Virus record (IMG/VR): IMGVR_UViG_3300026334_000001
Coordinates: 26,053-90,052 of that record
Reading direction: 5' to 3' (one strand)
Source of the DNA: a virus
DNA: 64,000 bases
Below are positions 47,815 to 55,615 of the stretch, in pieces. The notes below the pieces were generated by a model. It did no database searches, had not been told where the DNA came from, and saw only the letters and a program-made list of their open reading frames with translations. Made by a program: the position numbers and the translations under genes. Each line of letters begins with the position of its first letter. The stretch's first letter is position 1.

Positions 47815-47844
47815 AAAGGCGGTTAGAGAAATCTACCGCCTTTT
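47815..47844. terminator. Bidirectional terminator
   Basis: AAAGGCGGT...ACCGCCTTT between convergent genes. Confidence 0.8.
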
Positions 47845-47848
47845 ATCT

Positions 47849-48274
47849 TTAAACTATATGTAATTTTATTTTCTTCAATTTATATACATACCTTTTATCA
47901 GCTGCATATTTAATACGATTAAGAAATGTATAATAATTCTCATTATTTCTTAGTTTATTCTGCACTCTATACTTATAATCTTTAATACATGCATTATAAC
48001 TCTTGTATTTTTCATATCTAGTTATCCATCTCTTTCCAATTTTATAATTTCTAGTTAGACTAAAGATATTATGATCTTTAATCGCTCTTCTAGATTTAAA
48101 ATGACCAGTTTCAAGAACTGCTATCCTAACAACTTTATCTGGATATTTGATGTTATGTTTTATCAACATATCATACAACTTCTTTTGATCTATTTTCTCT
48201 GCTCTACCTTGTAAAACAAAAAAGGTTAGCAGAATTGCTAACCCTAATTTAAATACCTTCATTATAGTTTCCAC
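47849..48274 (-). CDS. Secreted glucosaminidase-like (GH73-like) peptidoglycan hydrolase
   Basis: Signal-peptide-like N-terminus; AVLETGHF...NIF...YAADKRY. Confidence 0.65.
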   Translation of the reverse strand: METIMKVFKLGLAILLTFFVLQGRAEKIDQKKLYDMLIKHNIKYPDKVVRIAVLETGHFKSRRAIKDHNIFSLTRNYKIGKRWITRYEKYKSYNACIKDYKYRVQNKLRNNENYYTFLNRIKYAADKRYVYKLKKIKLHIV

Positions 48275-48501
48275 TTTAATTTATATCTATCAATAAAATC
48301 TTGAGGGAATTCACTCCTCCATCTACACTCAGGACAAACAAATTGTTCTCCATCCCATTTAGTACGAGGATTATTACAACCTCCTTTAAAATCTCTTGCC
48401 GTAATATTAGGACAATATCCAGTATATCCTTCTACAGTCATTAGATTTTCTCTTACTATAGTTTCTTCAGTCATTTTTCCTCCTTTGTTCTTATTAGCCA
48501 T
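48262..48501 (-). CDS. Small Cys-containing (Zn-ribbon-like) protein
   Basis: YCP...GCNNP...CPEC. Confidence 0.55.
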   Translation of the reverse strand: MANKNKGGKMTEETIVRENLMTVEGYTGYCPNITARDFKGGCNNPRTKWDGEQFVCPECRWRSEFPQDFIDRYKLKWKL

Positions 48502-48550
48502 AATAATCCAATTACAGCTATTATATCTACTATAAGAAATGCTTTATCTA

Positions 48551-48736
48551 TCATAACATTGGTGCTTCGTTAGGGTATGCATTATTATAACCTTCATTAT
48601 AAGCTTCTTCTTGAGTTGCTTTAATAGTTTTTAAAGCTTTATTTACATCTTTCATACTTAAATGTAATTGAATTTCCGCTAATATTTCTGTTGCTGTTTT
48701 CATTATGCAGGAGTTTCTATCTTGGTATTGTGACAA
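48551..48736 (-). CDS. Hypothetical protein
   Basis: Short ORF; probable start at MKTATE. Confidence 0.4.
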   Translation of the reverse strand: MSQYQDRNSCIMKTATEILAEIQLHLSMKDVNKALKTIKATQEEAYNEGYNNAYPNEAPML

Positions 48737-48877
48737 CCATCTGAATAACCTTTATCATAATACTTTTCAAATGCTTCTGCAATTATTTTAATAGCTTCTT
48801 TTCTTGTTAATACATCATCTAATGCATTATACAAACCTTCTGGGGTGTACATAATTAATTGATTTAAGTTTTTTAAT

Positions 48878-49096
48878 TTATCTATAAATAACTAAGTAAA
48901 CCATAGCTATCCAACTGACGAATGCAGTCATCAATAACCATACTTTAGATACCTTATATCTTTTCTCTCTTTTATCTTTCTCTTCAGCTAATGCTTCTAA
49001 AAATAGAAACGAAGTACAAGTGGCTAGAAATAAAATGAGTATTTTTAGTATCACCATCCATGATAATACCATACTAATTGTTAATAAAGTTTTCAT
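48878..49096 (-). CDS. Small two-helix membrane protein
   Basis: Two hydrophobic stretches separated by a charged loop. Confidence 0.55.
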   Translation of the reverse strand: MKTLLTISMVLSWMVILKILILFLATCTSFLFLEALAEEKDKREKRYKVSKVWLLMTAFVSWIAMVYLVIYR

Positions 49097-49261
49097 TTAG
49101 GGATTGTATTTAGAATTAATTCATTTCTTAATTAACAAGACGAGGCTATAACTCCATTGTTATAACCTCTTCACAATTACGTATTGTACTATCTTGTAAT
49201 ATTGTTAGACTTTTTGTATTAACCAAAATACACCACGTGGAGGTAATCTAACTTGTATTTC

Positions 49262-49597
49262 TGGAGATGTAGGGATTCGAACCCTAGTCTAGCTGAACCA
49301 GCCTTAGAATAATCACTTACAGGTTTTGCTATTTAAAGTATAGCTACTCATTAACCAAACAACTTATTCTTATGAAATCTTTTTTCTTATAGGAGAAATG
49401 ATAAACTCCTGTTATTTAACTAAGCTGCTAATGCTACTTTGTTAAATTGGCTTGTCAGCATTGATACTACTTTAGCACCAAAGTTTGCTGATTCTTGTGA
49501 AAATTTGCCTGTTATTGTTTAATACGCATTTAGATGTACTGTATTTACCATCACCTGTTACTCTATACTTAATCCCCTATCAATTCCATTCATCCCC
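49262..49597 (-). ncRNA. ssrA: Transfer-messenger RNA (tmRNA)
   Basis: 5' GGGGAUG pairs with 3' CAUCUCC-A, giving the G3.U alanine identity pair; T-arm UAGGG-UUCGAAU-CCCUA; tag ORF 49509-49420 GKFSQESANFGAKVVSMLTSQFNKVALAA*; CCA not encoded. Confidence 0.93.
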
Positions 49598-49676
49598 GAT
49601 TGTTATAAGCTTAAAAAAAAGCAGGATCATTCTGGGAGAAATCACCTGCTCTAACATTCACCTACGAAGTGTTTCT

Positions 49677-49931
49677 TTAATATGTCTTACTTAATTTCAT
49701 TGTATTAATATTATACGTACTTTGAAAATCGCAAATATCACAATGTGTTAATTTTGTTACTTTGTCGCTTAATGTTATATCTTTACCACAAGTGTCCACA
49801 AGATGACTGTTACATCTTGGGCAAAGTAAACCATTTTTGAGAGAGGCAAATTTAGTTTTCTTCATGATTGTCATTGTTGTCATCTCCTTCCTAAGCATCA
49901 TTTGAGTTGCTTGATGTAAAGATAACAACAA
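49677..49931 (-). CDS. Small Zn-finger protein
   Basis: CPRC...CDIC; start codon uncertain. Confidence 0.5.
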   Translation of the reverse strand: MLLSLHQATQMMLRKEMTTMTIMKKTKFASLKNGLLCPRCNSHLVDTCGKDITLSDKVTKLTHCDICDFQSTYNINTMKLSKTY

Positions 49932-49956
49932 TTATACCATCTTGCAAATTTTATTA

Positions 49957-50133
49957 TTAATTTAATCTACACCATGTTGCAGACTCTAATTGGTCTTTTG
50001 CAATATCTTCTGCCATTTGTTGTACTTTAGTTGGTACTGTGCCATCTCCTTTTAAAGATGTTAAAATAGCATCTGATGGTTTTATAATCTGGGTAGAACC
50101 GTCTTTTCTTTTAATAGTTATCACTACTGACAT
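49957..50133 (-). CDS. Small hypothetical protein (58 aa; not in ORF track)
   Basis: MSVVITIKRKDGSTQIIKP...; overlaps the end of the upstream gene. Confidence 0.45.
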   Translation of the reverse strand: MSVVITIKRKDGSTQIIKPSDAILTSLKGDGTVPTKVQQMAEDIAKDQLESATWCRLN

Positions 50134-50398
50134 AATAATCTTCGTTGTTTGTTAATTCCTCTAATAAAATTGATACTTCTGCTTTATCATTTACAGTTGG
50201 ATAAGTATCACTCCAACTTTCAAAGTAATGCGGTTGAAATTGTGGATTTTCTCTATTACCAAAATATGGTCTTAGTTCCCATTGTTTACTATTTGAAACA
50301 TCCTTTGTTTCAATAACTAGACAATTAATACCATCTAACTTGATGTGTGCTTCTCTAACCTTGTCAGAAAGCAGCTCGAATTTAAGATTGTTGAACAT
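50111..50398 (-). CDS. Hypothetical early-region protein
   Basis: 95-aa ORF. Confidence 0.55.
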   Translation of the reverse strand: MFNNLKFELLSDKVREAHIKLDGINCLVIETKDVSNSKQWELRPYFGNRENPQFQPHYFESWSDTYPTVNDKAEVSILLEELTNNEDYYVSSDNY

Positions 50399-50453
50399 AG
50401 CTTATAGGATTTAATAGAGAGCGCCTTAAAGCTAATAAAAACTACCAAATTCG

Positions 50454-50762
50454 CTAATCTACATCGCGGATTACTTTATCTAGTTTTGCTATCTGCTGAT
50501 TAATATCAACATCAAAGAATCTACCAGATTTAAAATCTTCTAACATCTTCTTTTGCTCTATTATGACTTCTATCATATTAGGCATGTTACATGCTAGTCT
50601 TGCATTAGCTTCTTCTTGTGCTAGTTTAACTGAATCACTTAGATCATTATCAAATATAGGAGATAATCTTAATACCTCTATACCTTTATGATTACTTATT
50701 ACAATGCTAAAATCATCTTCATTCTTCCTAGAAGAATAAGGACCTTCGGTATAACTACCCAT
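50454..50762 (-). CDS. Phage protein of the 'T.GP...ANARL...P' (Ead/Ea22-like) type
   Basis: YTEGPY...EEANARLACNMP. Confidence 0.55.
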   Translation of the reverse strand: MGSYTEGPYSSRKNEDDFSIVISNHKGIEVLRLSPIFDNDLSDSVKLAQEEANARLACNMPNMIEVIIEQKKMLEDFKSGRFFDVDINQQIAKLDKVIRDVD

Positions 50763-50966
50763 GTCTTAATTATCTTTTCATTATCTATGGTTTTTACAGA
50801 GATGCTCACAACTATTATAGGCTTATATTTAGGTTGTGAATCTTATGTTACTCAGCTTCAAGAGTACATCTCTGCTATCAAATCTACTTGTGGATTAGCC
50901 CAGGTCTGCTCTAACAGTCTTCCACAAGTTGCTATCTTTAGAATAGCTAGATATTTGAATTCTTTA

Positions 50967-51206
50967 TTATAATCCTAAATCTCCAGGATCTCCATATTCT
51001 AAATCCCCTGTCTGATCTTCATCATCCCAATATATAGCACCACTAATAAGATCTTGTTTAACAACTCTTTTTACTTGACTTTGTCTTTCTATTAATTGTT
51101 TCTGTATACTCAATTCGGGATGAGCAGTCATTAAAACTTTTATTAATTTCTCTAATTTGTCTATCCTACCTAGTAGTTCGACTCTTTCTATTGGACTAAA
51201 ACACAT
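50967..51206 (-). CDS. Hypothetical early-region protein with acidic C-terminus
   Basis: 79-aa ORF. Confidence 0.5.
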   Translation of the reverse strand: MCFSPIERVELLGRIDKLEKLIKVLMTAHPELSIQKQLIERQSQVKRVVKQDLISGAIYWDDEDQTGDLEYGDPGDLGL

Positions 51207-51534
51207 AACATATAATTTTAAATTAAACTAATGATTCACTAGGCTAAACAGGATGTTCTTCACTACACCCATATTCAAAGATTTATGAACGCTTCTTGAC
51301 TTTATGTTATCTCACTCTAACTCGTAGAGAACAATCATTAGTTATATTGTTAATGTAATAAATAAAATAACCAAGACCAAAGAACAGATACTATAAAGTA
51401 TACAAGCGTTGTTATTGGCATATCTGACCTTTCATATTCATTTACTGCTTCATATATTGTAGCTCTTATTACTATCATTGTAAGAAGTAAAGCTAAACAG
51501 AACACTATTACTGGTAACATATTTTTGGATCTCC

Positions 51535-51834
51535 TTATTCTTCAATAATACCATCATTCCAATGACCTAAAAATAATGTACCATCATTAGGATTATTATC
51601 ATAACACCATATTAGATCATACATATGTTGATCTGGATCTATATTATCACAATAATGTTTTTGCATTAACATTATATACTCATATACTGAAACTGTAAAA
51701 GTAGTAGTATTCGAAAATGTACCACTTTCTTGTAATAGACGTTTTAATTGAATAGGTTTTACTCCTTCTTTTGGTTTCTCACCAAATACAATTGCTTTTG
51801 ACATATGATTGTTATTTAATAACTCCAATTGCAA
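51535..51834 (-). CDS. Hypothetical early-region protein (probable start ATG at 51804)
   Basis: MSKAIVFGE...; the upstream in-frame extension overlaps an RNA stem. Confidence 0.55.
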   Translation of the reverse strand: MQLELLNNNHMSKAIVFGEKPKEGVKPIQLKRLLQESGTFSNTTTFTVSVYEYIMLMQKHYCDNIDPDQHMYDLIWCYDNNPNDGTLFLGHWNDGIIEE

Positions 51835-52041
51835 TAGAACTTAGTTATGCATAGCTACTCCTCGATAGCAATATAGCGTTCAACATAATTTATTAAAGAC
51901 TATATCTAATCTCTAGTTCTATTGCTTGGAGTTAATTCCTTTAAATTGTTTGATTGATTGTTAATGAATATATTTAAATATCTTCATTAACTTTGCTTTG
52001 CTGTAAAGAATAGAGAGTGTAATTAAGATAGACAGCATATC

Positions 52042-52479
52042 TTATTGATCTTTTCTTCCAATATCATTTCTATAATGATTATTTTCATAATGATTATTTT
52101 TAATATCTGATTTAATATTCTCTACACATTTCTTACCATTGTTACTTAAACCATCTATATCCCATTTCCCATTAGAATCATGTAAGCGTTGAATATCAAC
52201 TAAAAATGATTGACCTAATAATCTCATGTATAATGGTAATTGATTAAATACTTTATCATATGTAACACCAGAATTAAATGAACCTATATTATCAAGTTTA
52301 ACTTGTAAATCGGATGATAAATGTCTACCAATAGCACATCCTTCAGTTGTATTATCTGAACCAATTGGACTATATTTACAATGTCCTCCTTTAATACATC
52401 TATTAAGATTAGAGTAATGATTGATTGTGTCCTCTAAGAACTTCAATCTTCTTATGTTAAGCTTTTCTTGTAATTCCAT
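52042..52479 (-). CDS. Hypothetical early-region protein
   Basis: C.Y...CAIG...Q.LHD pattern seen in small phage proteins. Confidence 0.6.
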   Translation of the reverse strand: MELQEKLNIRRLKFLEDTINHYSNLNRCIKGGHCKYSPIGSDNTTEGCAIGRHLSSDLQVKLDNIGSFNSGVTYDKVFNQLPLYMRLLGQSFLVDIQRLHDSNGKWDIDGLSNNGKKCVENIKSDIKNNHYENNHYRNDIGRKDQ

Positions 52480-52490
52480 AATAAATTGAT

Positions 52491-52814
52491 TTAAAAGTCA
52501 TTTGTACAACCATTATATGCAAAGGAACCATCCATATTCCTTTCATCGTAATAATCATTATATTTGGTTGGTCTTTGCTTGAATTGTATTCCTGTATTTT
52601 TAGTAACTGTTGTTATTAGAGCATCAAATTGCCAATCAGATATCCATCTCAATGTACAATTAAAATTTCTAGCTTTATTAACTGCTTGTATTTCTTTAAT
52701 TGATTCTATTAACTTATCTAATGGCACTTGTTTCTTTTCTACAAAGAATTTATACCAGCGTTGTTGAATGTGTTGGTTCTTCTCTGAAAACCAAATATGT
52801 TTCTTAATCTTCAT
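52491..52814 (-). CDS. Hypothetical early-region protein
   Basis: 107-aa ORF. Confidence 0.55.
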   Translation of the reverse strand: MKIKKHIWFSEKNQHIQQRWYKFFVEKKQVPLDKLIESIKEIQAVNKARNFNCTLRWISDWQFDALITTVTKNTGIQFKQRPTKYNDYYDERNMDGSFAYNGCTNDF

Positions 52815-53342
52815 GATTGATAAATATTAAATCAATAACTCCTCTTATGATTGAGGAGTTATTAATTACTTATTCTTTAGTTGTTTTACAATGTATTTAG
52901 CAGTTTCCCATCCTGTTAATAGAATGATGCTAAATATTATATGATGTACAATATATGCATCATGACAGAGAGCGTTAATCATGTTCATTAGTTGTAATGT
53001 TTATGATCGTGAATTACAGAACGTATTGATTGTATGATAGTTACGATAACTATGCCAATCATAATAACTGCAACTCCTTTGTTGTCAGCTACTTGTGTGA
53101 GGATGTAATTAAACATAGCTTGTTTTGTTGATGATTGTATAATTGGTTAACTGATGCTTCTGAATGTAGTTGTTTATAATGCGTTCAGTAGCAGATGATG
53201 GTCTGTTTACAACTATGAGAACTCCTAGAGCGGTCATAGTAATTTGGATTAGATTCATAGGATAACTATATATATAATATAGGCACTTTTTAGAGAGCTA
53301 TGATCGAAATTGGTATGAGTAGGAGTAATACCTCCTACTATC

Positions 53343-53660
53343 TCATCTCCTCTTCATCTTGTTCATCTTTCTATCATCAGAATAGATATCTTCAAGCATA
53401 TCATGTGTTGTAATTGATATGTTTTCATCATCTTCACCGATAACACACCATACAATTAGATTAACAAAGAACATAATCATACATAATAAAGAGAATATCT
53501 CTGTAAACAATTCGAAGTCAGGATTTTTATCGTCCACAGCCTTGATATATAAGGCAGTAAATGCAACAAATAATACAGCAGATAAGATAATTGCTTCACG
53601 ATTAAGCTTTTTTCTAGTGTTCATAGCTTTGGAGTTGGTTATATTGGTGATAGAAGACAA
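53343..53660 (-). CDS. Two-helix membrane protein
   Basis: Two hydrophobic segments; probable start at MNTRKK. Confidence 0.5.
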   Translation of the reverse strand: MSSITNITNSKAMNTRKKLNREAIILSAVLFVAFTALYIKAVDDKNPDFELFTEIFSLLCMIMFFVNLIVWCVIGEDDENISITTHDMLEDIYSDDRKMNKMKRR

Positions 53661-53828
53661 TATTTGAGGAGAATTTAAACCTCATGAGAATCGTCTGTAT
53701 GAAATTTATTCTGAGAAATTCCTGTAGAATTAAAAATTTATCCATTTATAAATCCAATCCTATTCTCCTAAAAGGAGTTGATAGAATTGGAGTTAATATA
53801 AATGCATATATAAAAATGAATTCAATGC

Positions 53829-54101
53829 CTAAGCATTGAATTCAACTTGGTAAATCCCTTGTGGATTTGGTTCGCCTTTGAAACTGAATGAATCAGCATT
53901 GTCCTTAGCGAACTGCAAAGATTCAGCACTTGTGCTAGAATCTTCAAGTTCTAAGAACCCCATTTTAGAACCTGACTCGATTCCGTGAGTGAAAGTTTTC
54001 TCCGAGAAAACTAAATACTTGCTAGATTTTGATAATGAAATTTGCATGATTTTTAAATTTTGATGGTGGAATAATAGACGGGGGAACTTCAATCCCCTCA
54101 A
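53829..54101 (-). CDS. First gene of the leftward early cluster (probable start MQISLSK)
   Basis: ORF adjacent to the divergent intergenic region. Confidence 0.5.
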   Translation of the reverse strand: MRGLKFPRLLFHHQNLKIMQISLSKSSKYLVFSEKTFTHGIESGSKMGFLELEDSSTSAESLQFAKDNADSFSFKGEPNPQGIYQVEFNA

Positions 54102-54126
54102 GACTAGGGGGTGGTGATTTGGATGT

Positions 54127-54214
54127 CATACTAATACACCTACTTGTCTAACTATTTTAGTAATATCTCTCATACTCGTATATCTCCTTGTCTACAGCTT
54201 CTGTAATATTTCCT
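54127..54214. repeat. Imperfect 44-bp tandem repeat (2 copies)
   Basis: CATACTAATACACCTACTTGTCTA...GTAATAT at 54127 and CATACTCGTATATCTCCTTGTCTA...GTAATAT at 54171. Confidence 0.55.
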
Positions 54215-54513
54215 ACACTTAAGGTACGGGTACTTCAATACACTCATACTCCTGCATCCCTTTATTCAACTCATTAAAAATTTTACCAAAAAATTTATAC
54301 CAAAATTTACATTGCCAAAATTCTAACTGCATAGTTAATATCTTTACTTATAGGAAGAATGGATTTTTATCAGTCATAAAGATTTAAATTGACATCTAAG
54401 AATTATAATAAAGGAAGTCTATAATAGACTGATTATCAATACTATTTACAATCAATATGAGATAAATTTTATCATAATTTTGATAAATGAATAATTATAC
54501 TTATCTTTAGATC

Positions 54514-55002
54514 ATGGGATTAAAGGATAAAGAAATCTATAATAAAACTCCTTTTGTGAAGATAGGAGTGATAGAGGAAGAAAGAAAGAAGAAAGTATAT
54601 GGAGATACAGAAGAGTTTGCTTCTTTAGATACAGGAGATATAATGGAAGTTGTTAAGAAAGAATATAAAGTATTTATTGTCCTAGAAGATAAGAGAAAAT
54701 ATGTGAAGTTATTTATTGAGGAGGATGATTATTCATATAAGAATATAATGAAGTTAGGGAATGCAGCATTAAGATTTTTATTATGGATAATGGCTAATGT
54801 AAAACCTAATAAGAATATGATTTATATAGATAGTAATATTCTATTAAAGAATTGCGGATATAAGGAAAGTTCAACTGCTATTTATTACAAAGGGGTTGAG
54901 GAGTTAATAGATAATAAATTTATAGCTAAATCAGAAGATGCTAACAAATATTGGATTAATTTAAACTACTTTACAAATGGAAAAAGAATTGGAAATGATT
55001 GA
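54514..55002 (+). CDS. RepL-like winged-helix replication protein
   Basis: YYKGVEELIDNKFIAK...YWINLNYFTNGKR resembles the RepL C-terminal motif; first gene after the strand switch. Confidence 0.6.
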   Translation: MGLKDKEIYNKTPFVKIGVIEEERKKKVYGDTEEFASLDTGDIMEVVKKEYKVFIVLEDKRKYVKLFIEEDDYSYKNIMKLGNAALRFLLWIMANVKPNKNMIYIDSNILLKNCGYKESSTAIYYKGVEELIDNKFIAKSEDANKYWINLNYFTNGKRIGND

Positions 55003-55615
55003 TCCAGTATCTTTAAGGAAAATTAAATTAACTGAAAGATTACTAGTAGGTATTTATTTTTTATGGTATGAAGATGAATTAGTTTATATAGGACAAAGTG
55101 TTAACATAGAGAATAGAGTAAAACAACATTTATATGATAAGTATTTTGATTGCTATTCTTATGTGGCGGTAGAAGAAAAAGATTTAGATAGAGCAGAGTT
55201 AAATTATATTGAAAAATATAAACCATTTTATAATATAGATTTAAACTTTAATGCTATTAATGTACGTTCTTATTATTTAAATGAAGATAAATCAAAGTTA
55301 TATTTCAGAATACATTCTAGAAAATATATATTTAAAAGATGTGATACTTATATAATAGATTATAATGGTGAGATAGTTGGAGAAGTAAAAGATAGAATAG
55401 GTTATATAAGAATAGATAGATGTAATTACATATTCAAGAATTTAAAGATAGAAGAAGATAGAACATATAAGTTAAGATTTGGACAGTATAAAAATAAAAA
55501 TCTAAAGATAATACCTAGTAGTTATTTATTATGGGTATATAAAAATATAAAAACAAATTATGCCGATAAGAAAGAAATAAGAATAGAATTAAAAAATAGA
55601 GGTTGTAATATATGA
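54977..55615 (+). CDS. GIY-YIG domain protein with C-terminal FG.YK...P..YL.W (DUF3820-like) motif
   Basis: GIYFL...YIGQS...R...E...YN; LRFGQYKNKNLKIIPSSYLLWV. Confidence 0.7.
   Translation: MEKELEMIDPVSLRKIKLTERLLVGIYFLWYEDELVYIGQSVNIENRVKQHLYDKYFDCYSYVAVEEKDLDRAELNYIEKYKPFYNIDLNFNAINVRSYYLNEDKSKLYFRIHSRKYIFKRCDTYIIDYNGEIVGEVKDRIGYIRIDRCNYIFKNLKIEEDRTYKLRFGQYKNKNLKIIPSSYLLWVYKNIKTNYADKKEIRIELKNRGCNI

Noticed and set aside
49262-49290. Possible tRNA gene
   Set aside because: The acceptor partner is ~330 nt away and a tag ORF lies between, so this is the tmRNA 3' end.
50688-50972. 94-aa plus-strand ORF
   Set aside because: Non-ATG start, opposite to all neighbours, overlaps a gene, and coincides with a strongly base-paired region better explained as RNA structure.
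19035-53667. Plus-strand ORFs overlapping minus-strand genes (e.g. 19035, 22629, 22855, 26722, 28949, 34318, 35014, 39820, 41857, 43672, 45975, 49485, 52564, 53419)
   Set aside because: Antisense shadows of real genes, introns or the tmRNA.
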